From sequence record NZ_CP118990.1: DNA of 64,000 nt. The stretch is one strand, 5' to 3'. The notes below the pieces were generated by a model. That model was not told where the DNA came from and made no database searches. It saw only the letters and a program-made list of their open reading frames with translations. The translations under genes were made by a program, and so were the position numbers. The DNA is from a plasmid. This document shows, one piece after another, positions 37,444-49,200 of this stretch (positions are counted from its first letter, which is position 1; every line of letters begins with the position of its first letter).

Positions 37444-37878
37444 ATGGAAAAAAATTTGGAGAATCTGACTATTGGCGTTTTCGCCAAGGCGGCCGGGGTC
37501 AACGTGGAAACAATCCGGTTCTATCAGCGCAAGGGCTTGTTGCCGGAGCCGGACAAGCCCTATGGCAGCATCCGCCGCTATGGCGAGGCGGATGTGACGC
37601 GGGTGCGCTTCGTGAAATCAGCCCAGCGGCTCGGATTCAGCCTCGACGAGATCGCAGAGCTGCTGAGGCTGGATGACGGCACCCACTGCGAGGAAGCCAG
37701 CAGCCTGGCCGAGCACAAGCTTCAGGACGTGCGCGAAAAAATGACCGACCTGGCGCGCATGGAAACCGTGCTATCCGAACTTGTGTTCGCCTGCCATGCG
37801 CGGCAAGGGAACGTTTCTTGCCCGCTGATTGCTTCGCTGCAAGGGGAGAAAGAGCCGCGTGGTGCCGACGCGGTGTAG
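37444..37878 (+). CDS. merR: MerR (copy 2, Tn21/Tn501 type)
   Basis: [33 protein letters not shown]. The ORF-track start at 37396 is upstream of the true ATG at 37444. Confidence 0.9.
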   Translation: MEKNLENLTIGVFAKAAGVNVETIRFYQRKGLLPEPDKPYGSIRRYGEADVTRVRFVKSAQRLGFSLDEIAELLRLDDGTHCEEASSLAEHKLQDVREKMTDLARMETVLSELVFACHARQGNVSCPLIASLQGEKEPRGADAV

Positions 37879-38057
37879 CCGAGGGTAGTTACGCCTTAGC
37901 GTGCTTTATTTTCCGTTTTCTGAGACGACCCCTATTTGTCCACCCTGTGGATGAATAGCTTTTTTTTTGGGAGGACACTGTGATGCTAGCTTTTGTTTTC
38001 ACCTAAATCCTGTTTGCTGCATAAAAAATTTCAAGAGCTAAACAGGAGTAAATAAAA

Positions 38058-39533
38058 ATGAGTTTAATTATTAAAGCGAGAAACATACGCTTGGATTATG
38101 CTGGGCGTGATGTTTTGGATATTGATGAATTGGAAATTCACTCTTATGACCGTATTGGTCTTGTGGGTGATAACGGAGCAGGAAAGAGTAGTTTACTCAA
38201 AGTACTTAATGGCGAAATTGTTTTAGCCGAAGCGACATTACAGCGTTTTGGTGATTTTGCACATATCAGCCAACTGGGCGGAATCGAAATAGAAACGGTC
38301 GAAGACCGGGCAATGTTATCTCGCCTTGGTGTTTCCAATGTACAAAACGACACAATGAGTGGCGGAGAGGAAACTCGTGCAAAAATTGCTGCCGCATTTT
38401 CCCAACAAGTACATGGCATTCTAGCGGATGAACCAACCAGCCACCTTGATCTCAATGGAATAGATCTACTTATTGGTCAACTTAAAGCATTTGATGGAGC
38501 ATTACTTGTTATCAGTCATGACCGATATTTTCTTGATATGGTTGTAGACAAGATATGGGAGTTAAAAGACGGTAAAATTACGGAATATTGGGGTGGTTAC
38601 TCGGATTACTTGCGTCAAAAAGAAGAAGAGCGACAACACCAAGCCGTAGAATATGAGCTGATGATGAAGGAACGGGAGCGATTAGAATCTGCTGTGCAAG
38701 AAAAACGCCAGCAAGCTAATCGATTAGACAATAAGAAAAAAGGAGAAAAATCCAAAAACTCTACCGAAAGTGCTGGACGACTTGGGCATGCAAAAATGAC
38801 TGGCACCAAGCAAAGAAAACTGTATCAGGCAGCTAAGAGTATGGAAAAGCGTTTGGCTGCATTAGAAGATATTCAAGCACCAGAGCATTTGCGTTCTATT
38901 CGTTTTCGTCAAAGTTCAGCCCTAGAACTGCACAATAAGTTCCCGATTACGGCAGATGGTCTGAGCTTAAAATTTGGTAGCCGTACTATCTTTGATGACG
39001 CTAACTTTATAATACCGCTTGGCGCTAAAGTCGCTATAACTGGATCGAATGGAACAGGGAAAACGTCCTTGTTAAAAATGATATCAGAACGTGCTGATGG
39101 ATTAACCATATCTCCAAAAGCTGAAATTGGCTACTTTACACAAACAGGATATAAATTTAACACGCATAAATCTGTGCTCTCCTTTATGCAGGAAGAGTGC
39201 GAGTACACAGTTGCGGAAATTCGTGCAGTATTGGCTTCAATGGGGATCGGAGCGAATGATATTCAAAAAAACTTATCCGACTTATCGGGAGGTGAAATCA
39301 TCAAACTGCTTTTATCCAAAATGCTTTTAGGAAAATATAATATTTTGCTTATGGATGAACCAGGAAACTATCTTGACCTAAAAAGTATTGCCGCATTAGA
39401 AACAATGATGAAGTCCTATGCAGGAACTATTATCTTCGTATCTCATGACAAGCAATTGGTCGATAATATTGCTGACATTATCTACGAGATCAAAGACCAC
39501 AAAATCATCAAGACTTTTGAGAGAGATTGTTAA
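38058..39533 (+). CDS. msr(E): ABC-F ribosomal protection protein Msr(E) (macrolide resistance)
   Basis: 491 aa. Two ABC cassettes ([16 protein letters not shown]) with an interdomain linker. Low-GC module; sequence recognised as Msr(E). Confidence 0.85.
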   Translation: MSLIIKARNIRLDYAGRDVLDIDELEIHSYDRIGLVGDNGAGKSSLLKVLNGEIVLAEATLQRFGDFAHISQLGGIEIETVEDRAMLSRLGVSNVQNDTMSGGEETRAKIAAAFSQQVHGILADEPTSHLDLNGIDLLIGQLKAFDGALLVISHDRYFLDMVVDKIWELKDGKITEYWGGYSDYLRQKEEERQHQAVEYELMMKERERLESAVQEKRQQANRLDNKKKGEKSKNSTESAGRLGHAKMTGTKQRKLYQAAKSMEKRLAALEDIQAPEHLRSIRFRQSSALELHNKFPITADGLSLKFGSRTIFDDANFIIPLGAKVAITGSNGTGKTSLLKMISERADGLTISPKAEIGYFTQTGYKFNTHKSVLSFMQEECEYTVAEIRAVLASMGIGANDIQKNLSDLSGGEIIKLLLSKMLLGKYNILLMDEPGNYLDLKSIAALETMMKSYAGTIIFVSHDKQLVDNIADIIYEIKDHKIIKTFERDC

Positions 39534-39588
39534 TGATAGCCAATCTAATCCGAACATTAATTATTGAACTCTTTAAAGGAAATTAAAA

Positions 39589-40473
39589 ATGACAATTCAA
39601 GATATTCAATCACTTGCTGAAGCACACGGCTTGTTGCTTACGGACAAAATGAATTTCAATGAAATGGGCATTGATTTTAAGGTCGTTTTTGCTCTTGATA
39701 CAAAGGGGCAACAATGGTTGCTGCGTATTCCTCGTCGTGATGGCATGAGGGAACAAATCAAGAAAGAAAAACGCATTTTAGAATTGGTAAAAAAACATCT
39801 TTCTGTAGAGGTTCCTGATTGGAGAATTTCATCTACAGAATTAGTGGCTTATCCCATACTTAAAGATAATCCTGTTTTAAATTTGGATGCTGAAACCTAT
39901 GAAATAATTTGGAATATGGACAAAGATAGCCCGAAATACATAACATCTTTGGCAAAAACCTTATTTGAAATCCATAGTATTCCTGAAAAAGAAGTTCGGG
40001 AAAATGATTTGAAAATTATGAAACCTTCAGATTTAAGACCTGAAATAGCAAACAATTTGCAGTTAGTAAAATCTGAAATTGGTATAAGTGAGCAATTGGA
40101 AACCCGCTACAGAAAATGGTTGGATAATGATATTCTATGGGCAGATTTCACCCAATTTATACATGGCGATTTATATGCTGGGCATGTACTAGCTTCAAAG
40201 GATGGAGCTGTTTCAGGCGTTATTGATTGGTCAACAGCCCATATAGATGACCCAGCGATTGATTTTGCTGGGCATGTAACTTTGTTTGGAGAAGAAAGCC
40301 TCAAAACTCTAATCATCGAGTATGAAAAACTAGGGGGTAAAGTTTGGAATAAACTATATGAACAGACTTTAGAAAGAGCAGCGGCCTCTCCTTTGATGTA
40401 TGGTTTATTTGCCTTAGAAACTCAAAATGAAAGCCTTATCGTTGGAGCAAAAGCTCAGTTGGGAGTTATATAA
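39589..40473 (+). CDS. mph(E): Macrolide 2'-phosphotransferase Mph(E)
   Basis: 294 aa with an APH-type kinase fold (HGDLYAGHVL, VIDWSTAHIDD). Lies immediately after msr(E), as in the known module. Confidence 0.85.
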   Translation: MTIQDIQSLAEAHGLLLTDKMNFNEMGIDFKVVFALDTKGQQWLLRIPRRDGMREQIKKEKRILELVKKHLSVEVPDWRISSTELVAYPILKDNPVLNLDAETYEIIWNMDKDSPKYITSLAKTLFEIHSIPEKEVRENDLKIMKPSDLRPEIANNLQLVKSEIGISEQLETRYRKWLDNDILWADFTQFIHGDLYAGHVLASKDGAVSGVIDWSTAHIDDPAIDFAGHVTLFGEESLKTLIIEYEKLGGKVWNKLYEQTLERAAASPLMYGLFALETQNESLIVGAKAQLGVI

Positions 40474-40662
40474 TTTAAAAATATGATTGCTGAGAACTGC
40501 CTTGTTTTGAAACTTGGTTGGCTTTAATTAGTTTTTAGTATTCTTTATAGAAAATGCCTCGATCAAGGGGCATTTCTAACAATCATTTAACATAAAATTT
40601 CTTATGTGAAGTAACCTGAATGCAGCGGTGCCCCATTGGGGGCGCGTTGAGATAAGCCTCTT

Positions 40663-41274
40663 TTAGATAACTTTAGCAACTCGATAGACAGTTGCAACTC
40701 CACAATTCACTGCTTTGGCAATTTCTTCCTTAGTCATATTGCCAACTACTAGCAATTCTTTTATTCGTTTATGTTTAGCCTCATTTGCCTTCTTGCCTGT
40801 TGGTTTGTAACCCGAACGTGCCAGGCCCTGCTTAATACGTTCTATACGTTTCTCATTGTCTAGGCGGGCCATTGTTGCCAGAAGATCAATCAACATATTG
40901 TTGATGAGTTCCAAGATTGAATGAGTAATGCTGTCACTGGTTTGAATCATTTGGTAGGTAGTAGGAAGATCTGCTACGACTAAACGAAGTCCCTTCTCCT
41001 GGATCCTGCGCTTCAGCTCTTGAAAATCTCGTTGGGTTAGGCGTGATAAGCGGTCAATACTTTCAACTAACAATGTGTCACCTTGATTTGCTTCTGACAG
41101 TAGCTTATTCAATTCAGGTCGGTCTAACTTCGTACCACTATAGTTTTCCACGTACACAATGGTTTCACCCAAATTCAAGTTTTGGTTTAGATCCTGAAGA
41201 ATCTGCAAAGCCCTTTCTGCATCTTGATCTTTAGTTGAAGCTCGTAGATAAATACGTGTATTCATTTCTATCAT
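40663..41274 (-). CDS. Serine recombinase (resolvase/invertase family)
   Basis: IYLRASTKDQD catalytic Ser region; C-terminal HTH. Confidence 0.75.
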   Translation of the reverse strand: MIEMNTRIYLRASTKDQDAERALQILQDLNQNLNLGETIVYVENYSGTKLDRPELNKLLSEANQGDTLLVESIDRLSRLTQRDFQELKRRIQEKGLRLVVADLPTTYQMIQTSDSITHSILELINNMLIDLLATMARLDNEKRIERIKQGLARSGYKPTGKKANEAKHKRIKELLVVGNMTKEEIAKAVNCGVATVYRVAKVI

Positions 41275-41482
41275 TTAATCTTAATTCTATTAGATTAATG
41301 ATAATACTATCATTTAATTATTGCATTAAGTCTAATGATAGATATTGTATGCGATTTGGCTCGCTATCATTCAGGTATAGTCTTTTGATAAAAAAAGCAT
41401 GACTAAAAGCCATGCCTTGGGAATTCGTATAACGCCCATTATGTTAATTTTAGTTTTCCTTAATACGACAAAAATATCTACT

Positions 41483-42106
41483 TCATTTCACGAGAATTTC
41501 TTTTGCTAAAAGTTCTTCTTTCGTTACACCGAAATATCTTATTTCTAATTTAGGCCTGCCTAACATCTTTAAAAGATTGTTTTCATCATTTATATTTTTT
41601 ATAGCTTTGCTTACACAATCAATTACGTCATTAGTTTTAGAAATAGCTTCTTTTTCAGATACTTGATCGCTTACTTTTCGAGATATTAAGTCATCAAAAT
41701 ATATCCTATATTCTTCACAAACTAGATAAAAATAAGGGTCTAATCTATCTAAATCATATTCAGATTCAAAGGGTTTACGATCTAATAAATCTTTTTCAGG
41801 ATAAATAATCAATTGTCCTGCATCGAACCAAAACTCCACAGAAAAATTATCAAACTCAATTCCATTTAAATCATTACTAAAATTTTGAAAATACTGTAAT
41901 AAAAGATTTTCTATATCCTCTAAAAACTCTTTATTCTTAATATCAAATATTAAAGATTCATTAGAAATAGCTTTGATACAATCTTCTTGAATATCTAACC
42001 CCTTTAAAGTCATTTTTACTCCATTTAAATTTTTAGGTTTTGGTGCATTAAGAATTTTGATTAACTTAACATAATGGGTATTAAGTGTAGTGTGTTTGTC
42101 TATCAA
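41483..42106 (-). CDS. hypothetical low-GC protein (207 aa)
   Basis: ORF only. Confidence 0.35.
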   Translation of the reverse strand: MIDKHTTLNTHYVKLIKILNAPKPKNLNGVKMTLKGLDIQEDCIKAISNESLIFDIKNKEFLEDIENLLLQYFQNFSNDLNGIEFDNFSVEFWFDAGQLIIYPEKDLLDRKPFESEYDLDRLDPYFYLVCEEYRIYFDDLISRKVSDQVSEKEAISKTNDVIDCVSKAIKNINDENNLLKMLGRPKLEIRYFGVTKEELLAKEILVK

Positions 42107-42356
42107 TAAGAGATTTATCTAATTTAATTCAAGCCCCCGGCGCAGGTGGTAACCTGACAAGCCACAAAAACGCCCGCAAACCCTTGTCAGGGGATGTAAG
42201 CCGGAACCCCAGAAATTTCCGTCACCCTAGTTGGGTGGGCTCAACACTCGTGTCACCAGCTACCTTCTGGAGAATCGAGCTCGGCCATCCCTCCCTGGAC
42301 GGGCATCGCTCGACGATGTTCAACGGCTCCCTCACGGGGCCGTCGTTTTGTGGGGG

Positions 42357-43609
42357 CTATTCCATCCACAAGTCGTCGAGGTTCTTGAAGTTCCAGAGCG
42401 TCGGGTCTTCGGGGCCAGTGATACTGTCCTTGCAACTCGTGGCCGCCAGGTCGATGGTCTGCATCGGGATCGGCTCTCTCGAGCGTAGCGAGAAGAACAC
42501 GCGAACCTTGGGAGTCAGCAGTGATTCCATTCCCGGCTCAACGACAACGGCCAGACGCTGAGAGGACAGGCGAACCAAGGAGCCGACGGGGTAGATGCCC
42601 ACGGCCTTGACGAAGGCGTGGAAGATGCGTTTGTCGAAATGGCCCTCCCACTTGGCCATCTGCCGCATCGCCGCGGACGGGTCCCACGGCTTTTTGTAGG
42701 CTCGCTCCGACGTCACGGCATCATAGACGTCGCAGATTGCGCCCATGCGGGCCAGGAGTGAAATGGCGTCACCGGCCAAGCGATCCGGGTAGCCGGTTCC
42801 GTCGATCTTCTCGTGATGGTGCAGGGCAATGTCCACCACCCCGGGCTCGGCCCCGCCTGCGCGCAGCATCTTTGCGCCCTCCACAGGGTGGCGCTTCATG
42901 ATGGCGAACTCGGCATCGGTGAGCTTGCCTGGTTTGTTAAGCACTTCCAGCGGCATCGCGGCCTTGCCTAGGTCGTGCATCAGTCCGCCGATGCCAGCCA
43001 GGCGCGTTTGCTCCTCGTCTAGATCGAGATGCCGGGCCAGCGATAGCATCAGGGCGCAGACGGCAACCGAGTGCAGGTAGGTGTAATCGTCGTGCGTTTT
43101 GATGCGTGCGACGCTGATGAGGGCATGAGGTTGGCGCAGCACCGAGGCAGCGATTTCTCCGACCAGCGGCAACGTCGTGCTTGGGTCGACGGCCTTGCCA
43201 AGCCGGGCTTCCTGGAACATGTCCATGACTTGGGACTTGGCCGCAAGACAGAGTTTCCGTGCATAACACATTTCGCTCTCCATTGAGGTTGCGCCGTCAC
43301 TTTTCTTGCTTAGTGGACTAGACGGCAGAGATTGCTCCTCCGACAATTCTCTGGGCTCTGGGCTCTGGGCTCTGGGCTCTGGGCTCTGGGCTCTGGGCTC
43401 TCTGGGCTCTCTGGGCTCTCTGGGTCGACTTGGCTTTTGGCCAAGTCGACCCAGACCTCCCCGACGCCACATTCTCGAATGGCAGAGAGATCCTGAGGCT
43501 CGGTCAGCAGGAAGCTGCCGCGCCAGAATGGGTGTCGAAACCAAGAGCCGGCGAGCTTGTGGATGTACATGCCGAGACGAAGCTCGGATACGGGAATGCG
43601 TTTTACCAA
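42357..43609 (-). pseudogene. HD-GYP c-di-GMP phosphodiesterase gene split by a frameshift inside a heptanucleotide tandem repeat
   Basis: N-terminal domain ORF 43609-43310 (DUF3391-like MVKRIPVSELRLGMYIHKL). HD-GYP ORF 43544-42357 (HDLGK...HHHEKIDGTGYP). The two frames overlap across the (CTGGGCT)7(CTCTGGGCT)2 tract at 43349-43426. Confidence 0.7.
43349..43426. repeat. Tandem repeat (CTGGGCT)x7 followed by 9-mer variants, encoding a PEPRAQS/SPE peptide repeat in every frame
   Basis: Read directly. Confidence 0.9.
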
Positions 43610-43726
43610 CTTATTTTCCTTTCTGAGTTGGGTGGTTAGGCGTGCGCCGAGGCTGGCACCCAGCGGTAGAGCGGAGGTAAGGTCACGCCAAGATTCTTGG
43701 ATCAGCCGGAACCGCCGAAATTTCCG

Positions 43727-44119
43727 TCAGCCGATCAACATGGCTTTGTCTCGCGCTCGGTCGATGCGTTCCTGCATCGCCTGCATGACTTCTTCGTGGG
43801 TGTACGACTTGGCGTTGGGGTCGTCGGCCTCTCGGAGAGCTTCCTCGACCTCGCGGGTCATCCGCGCATATTCTTCCGGCCACAGCGCTTGCTCCATGCG
43901 CAGCGACGCCTGCCCAAGCAGGTGCAGCAGGCCGAACAGCCGCATGTCATTGGTGGCGACGACGTGCTCTCGAATCCGCTCCTGGATCACCTCGCAGGCC
44001 CGATGCGCCTCTGGCGTCGCCGTGCCCTCGTAGCCGGCTGGGAGTTCTGCTTCTTCAGCGATTCGCGCCCAAGCGATAGCCAGCGCCTCGATGGTGGACA
44101 GGTTCATTTGCTCATCCAC
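43727..44119 (-). CDS. hypothetical protein (130 aa)
   Basis: ORF inside the transposon; overlaps the next gene. Confidence 0.35.
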   Translation of the reverse strand: MDEQMNLSTIEALAIAWARIAEEAELPAGYEGTATPEAHRACEVIQERIREHVVATNDMRLFGLLHLLGQASLRMEQALWPEEYARMTREVEEALREADDPNAKSYTHEEVMQAMQERIDRARDKAMLIG

Positions 44120-44430
44120 TTGCGCAGCAGACGCTTTTTCAGGGAGGCGCGCTCTTGCGGATTGCGTCCCTTGTGGTTGGCAATGCGATCCGCCGTGGCG
44201 GCCTGGCGCTTGATGGGCCAGTAGGAGCGGCCATCCTTACCCATCGACCAGACGTTGCTGACCTGGTTTTCCAGTAGAGGCAGATGGGCGCATAGAGCTT
44301 CCGGCGACGCGCTGGCCAGCGCGGTGCGCTCGTGGGTTCGCCAGCGCTGATGCCAGAGTTTCTTGTCCTCGCGCTCGCTACGGCAGGTCGTGTGCCCAAC
44401 GATGGGCGTTTTGCGGCGGCTGCGGCTCAT
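44104..44430 (-). CDS. hypothetical basic protein (108 aa)
   Basis: ORF; overlaps its downstream neighbour. Confidence 0.35.
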   Translation of the reverse strand: MSRSRRKTPIVGHTTCRSEREDKKLWHQRWRTHERTALASASPEALCAHLPLLENQVSNVWSMGKDGRSYWPIKRQAATADRIANHKGRNPQERASLKKRLLRKWMSK

Positions 44431-44803
44431 GATGTGGTTGTCTCCAAGAACATTCAGGACAGGCTTTCTGGGTAGAGCGCCGTCAACCGGGACAGGGTTT
44501 CTTGCACTTGTTCCAGCGAGGTCATCAGATGATCAACCTGATCCTGAAGATCCACGGCGAGATCAAATAGCTCAGCCACTCGGCTGCGTGATCCCTCGTT
44601 GAACGCGGCCATTGCCAGTTGATGCAGCTTCAACAGGTCGGTGCGCAGTTGCGGAGGTGCGCCGTCTGCGCTGTCATTCAAATCGCCGCGCAGCACGTCC
44701 ACGGCATCGACTGCACGCAGCAGTGCCGTGGTATCGAAATTCTCGGGAGTCAGTTCGTCCCATTCGTCGTCGGTGATGCGGGCTGCCATCAGGAGAGCTC
44801 CGA

Positions 44804-45139
44804 TTAAGCGGTTGCGAGCGTTAGATGCCCGATCGGCTCGGCTGCTGGCCGTACCTTGATTTCGATGTCGTAGCCGAGGCGATTCAGACAATCCATCAGC
44901 TTGCGTTCGGATAGATTGGTGAAGTCGCCGCGCATCATGCCCGACACCTTCGGTTGCGGGATGCCCATGCGTTTGGCCGCCGCTTGTTGAGTCAGCCCAA
45001 GGGCGCGCATGGCCCTCCTGATCTCGACCACCAGGCCGGTCTTGATCTTGAGCTTTTCAGCGTCAGGCAGTCCAAGGTCGGCAAAGACGTTGCCCGAGCT
45101 GCGCTGAACCTCGACGCCTTCAATGATTCGTTTTTGCAT
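44804..45139 (-). CDS. XRE-family HTH antitoxin (HigA-like)
   Basis: HTH LGLTQQAAAKRMGIPQPKVSGMMRG. Located downstream of the toxin gene, in HigBA order. Confidence 0.6.
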   Translation of the reverse strand: MQKRIIEGVEVQRSSGNVFADLGLPDAEKLKIKTGLVVEIRRAMRALGLTQQAAAKRMGIPQPKVSGMMRGDFTNLSERKLMDCLNRLGYDIEIKVRPAAEPIGHLTLATA

Positions 45140-45140
45140 T

Positions 45141-45497
45141 TCATAGCTCCTGTGCCAATACCTCGGCCACCTTCAGCCGAGCGCGGATGATGTCCATGTC
45201 GGCCTTTGGCGTGGCGATTCCGCTCTTGCTCTTCTTCTGGAAGCAGTGCAGGACGAACACCGCTTCCGCAAACTTGACCGTGTATACCGCTCGATAGGTG
45301 CCGCCGGCATCGTCTTCGACGACCTTCAGCACGCCGGCACCACCGAACCCCTTGAGCTCCTTTGCTGCGTCATCCTGATCGCCTATCTGCGCCAACGAGA
45401 GCGCGTAACCGAAACGGCGACGCACGTCGGACGGCAACGCCATCAAATCCTTGTGGCTGCTCGCGATCCATTCGAGCGGTTTTTCTTTGTTTGTCAT
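45141..45497 (-). CDS. RelE/ParE-superfamily toxin (HigB-like, about 118 aa)
   Basis: Size, position before the HTH antitoxin, and a basic C-terminal region. Confidence 0.5.
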   Translation of the reverse strand: MTNKEKPLEWIASSHKDLMALPSDVRRRFGYALSLAQIGDQDDAAKELKGFGGAGVLKVVEDDAGGTYRAVYTVKFAEAVFVLHCFQKKSKSGIATPKADMDIIRARLKVAEVLAQEL

Positions 45498-45688
45498 GAC
45501 GGAATTTTATACCTGTTCAGGTAATGATGTAAACGCGGCAACCTCAAGGAGGTGTCGTAAAACATTTGTTTTGCGACAGGCTGTCAGCCGCCGCTGTGCT
45601 ACCTGTGCAACACCCCCTCAAAAATGTACGGAAAACTCTATCGCTATTCACTATTATGCGGAAACCTGTTTTTGATGGTTATCCGCCT

Positions 45689-46291
45689 ATGTTGGTTGGC
45701 TACATGCGCGTGTCGTCGGACTCCGACCGCCAGAGCACGGACTTGCAGCGCGACGCGCTGCTCGCCGCCGGCGTCGATCCGCGTCACCTGTTTGAGGATC
45801 GTGCCTCTGGCGCGAAGGATGACCGTGCCGGCTTGGCGCGGGCGCTTGAGTTCGTTCGAGCCGGCGATGTGCTGGTGGTGTGGAAACTCGACCGGCTCGG
45901 TCGCTCGCTGTCGCACCTGCTCGCCATTGTGACTTCGCTCAAGGACAAGCGGGTGGCGTTCCGCTCGCTGACAGAGAACCTGGACACTACGACGCCCTCG
46001 GGCGAATTCCTGTTCCAGGTGTTCGGTGCGCTCGCGCAGTACGAGCGCGCCTTGATTCAGGAGCGCGTCGTCGCGGGCTTGGCCGCCGCACGCAAACGCG
46101 GCCGGATCGGCGGCCGGCCGCAGGCGATCACTGGTGAGAAGCTGGACGCCATCGTCGCCGCGCTCGATGGCGGCATGTCTAAGGCGGCGGTGTGCCGCAA
46201 CTTCAATGTCAAGCGCACTACGTTGATCGAAACATTGACGCGAGCAGGTTGGCGTGGTGCGGGAAGGACGGTCGATGAGCAACAAGAATAA
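45689..46291 (+). CDS. tnpR: Resolvase TnpR
   Basis: MLVGYMRVSSDSDRQSTDLQRDAL; overlaps the tnpA start. Confidence 0.85.
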   Translation: MLVGYMRVSSDSDRQSTDLQRDALLAAGVDPRHLFEDRASGAKDDRAGLARALEFVRAGDVLVVWKLDRLGRSLSHLLAIVTSLKDKRVAFRSLTENLDTTTPSGEFLFQVFGALAQYERALIQERVVAGLAAARKRGRIGGRPQAITGEKLDAIVAALDGGMSKAAVCRNFNVKRTTLIETLTRAGWRGAGRTVDEQQE

Positions 46292-49200
46292 GCTACTCAC
46301 CGTCTTTTCTGACGCAGAGCAGGAAGCCTTGTACGGCCTACCGGACTTCGACGATGCTCAGCGGCTGGAATACCTGGCGTTGACCGAATCTGAACTGGCG
46401 TTCGCCAGCAGCCGGCCTAGCCTGCAGGCCCAAGTCTATTGCGTCTTGCAGATCGGCTACTTCAAGGCCAAGCATGCTTTCTTCCGCTTCGATTGGCATG
46501 AGGTCGAGGACGATTGCGCCTTCGTGCTGAGTCGCTATTTCCACGGCGAAGCGTTCGAACGCAAGGCGATCACCAAGCATGAGCACTACAGCCAGAGGGG
46601 TCAGATCGCCGAACTGTTCGGCTACCGGTCGTGGGCGGCTAGCTTCCTGCCGCAACTGGCACAGCAGGCTGAACAGATCGTGCGGCGCGACGTAATGCCA
46701 GGATTCGTGGCCGCCGAACTGATCGTTTGGCTCAGCGAGCACAAAATCATCCGGCCCGGCCACACCACCTTACAAGAGCTGGTCAGTGAAGCCCTGTCCA
46801 CCGAACGCAGGCGCTTGGGCGGCTTGCTGGCAGAAGTGTTGGACGAATCGGCCAAAGCTGCGCTGGGCCAGCTCCTGGTGCGTGACGACACCCTGTCTCA
46901 ACTGGCAGCGCTCAAGCAGGACGCTAAAGATTTTGGCTGGCGTCAGATGGCAGGGGAGCGCGAGAAGCGCGCCACGCTGAAGTCCTTGCACGGGATCGCC
47001 AAGGCGCTGCTGCCCAAGCTCGGCATCTCGCAGCAGAACCTGCTGTACTACGCGAGCCTGGCGAACTTCTATACCGTCCATGACCTGCGCCACCTGAAGG
47101 CGGAGCAGACCCGGCTCTACCTGCTGTGCTATGCCTGGGTACGTTACCGGCAGCTCACCGACAACCTGGTCGACGCGATGGCCTTCCACATGAAAAAACT
47201 TGAGGACGAGAGCCGCACGGGTGCGAAACAGTCCTTTGTCGCCGAACAGCTGCGACGCCATCAGGAAACGCCGCAGGTTGGCCGCCTGCTGTCGCTGTAC
47301 GTGGACGACAGCGTGGCCGATCCGACGCCGTTCGGCGAGGTGCGCCAACGCGCCTACAAAATCATGTCCAGGGAATTGCTGCAAAACACGGCGCAGCGCA
47401 TGAGCGTCAAGCCACTGAACAAACTGGCGCTGCACTGGCAGGCGGTGGACGGCCTGGCCGAACGCATTCGACGCCATCTACGGCCGCTGTACGTCGCGCT
47501 CGACTTCGCCGGCACGGCCCCCGATAACCCATGGCTCGCGGCGCTGACTTGGGCCAAGAGCGTGTTCGCCAAGCAGCAGCGCCTATCACAACGGCCACTC
47601 GACGAATGTCCGGCGGCAACGCTGCCGAAACGCTTGCGTCCGTACCTGCTGATGTTCGATGCCGAAGGCACGCCGACAGGCCTGCATGCCGATCGTTACG
47701 AATTCTGGCTTTACCGTCAGGTCAGGAAACGCTTCCAGGCGGGCGAGCTCTACATTGACGATAGCTTGCAGCACCGGCATTTGTCCGACGAGTTGGTTTC
47801 GATGGACGAGAAAGCCGCCGTGCTCGCGCAGATGGACATCCCCTTCCTGCGGCAGCCGGTCAGTGCCCAGCTCGATGCACTGGCGACCGAGTTGCGTGCG
47901 CAATGGGTGGCGTTCAATCGCGAGCTGAAACAGGGCAAGCTGACGCACCTGGAATACGACAAGGACACGCAGAGACTGACCTGGCGCAAGCCCAAGGGGG
48001 AGAACCAGAAGGCGCGCGAGCAAGCTCTCTACGAGCAACTGCCATACTGCGATGTCGCCGACGTGTTTCGCTTCGTCAACGGCCAGTGCCAGTTCCTGTC
48101 GGCGCTGACACCATTGCAGCCACGCTATGCGAAGAAGGTAGCCGACGCCGACAGTCTGATGGCGGTGATCATTGCCCAAGCCATGAACCACGGCAACCAG
48201 GTTATGGCACGTACCAGCGACATCCCGTACCACGTCCTGGAGAGTACCTACCAGCAGTACCTGCGCCAGGCGACGCTACATGTGGCCAACGATTGCATCA
48301 GCAACGCCATCGCCGCACTGCCGATCTTCCCGCATTACTCGTTCGACCTCGATTCGTTGTACGGTGCCGTTGATGGGCAGAAATTCGGCGTCGAGCGACC
48401 AACTGTGAAGGCGCGCTACTCGCGCAAATATTTCGGCCGCGGCAAGGGCGTCGTCGCCTACACGCTGCTGTGCAATCACGTGCCGTTGAACGGCTACCTG
48501 ATAGGCGCACACGAGTACGAGGCTCACCACGTGTTCGACATCTGGTACCGCAACACGTCGGACATCGTGCCGAGCGCGATCACCGGCGACATGCACAGCA
48601 TCAACAAGGCCAACTTCGCCATCCTGCACTGGTTCGGACTTCGTTTCGAGCCGCGCTTCACCGACCTCGACGACCAGTTGCAGGAGCTGTATTGCGCCGA
48701 TGATCTGGCATTGTACGAGAAATGCCTGATCCGGCCGGCTGGCCAGATCGACCGGCAACTCATCGTCGGTGAGAAGGCGAACATCGACCGAATCGTCGCC
48801 ACACTGGGCCTGAAGGAAATGACGCAGGGCACGCTGATCCGCAAGCTGTGCACCTATACGGCGCCGAACCCGACGCGGCGCGCAATCTTCGAGTTCGACA
48901 AGCTCATCCGCAGTATCTACACACTGCGCTACCTGCGCGACCCGCAACTGGAGCGTAATGTTCACCGCTCGCAGAACCGCATTGAGTCCTATCACCAGCT
49001 ACGCTCGACCATCGCCCAAGTCGGTGGGAAGAAGGAATTGACCGGCCGCACCGACATCGAAATCGAGATCAGCAACCAGTGCGCCAGGCTGATCGGCAAC
49101 GCGATCATCTTCTACAACTCGGCGATCCTGTCCCTGCTGCTGACGAAGTACGAGGCAGCTGGCAATGCCAAGGCGCTGGCGTTGATCACGCAGATGTCGC

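Noticed and set aside
43697-44224. 175-aa plus-strand ORF
   Set aside because: It overlaps three minus-strand genes of the transposon and starts within the internal IR-like sequence.
46338-48995. Minus-strand ORFs (141, 235, 215, 239 aa) inside the second tnpA
   Set aside because: They are antisense to a 1010-aa transposase.
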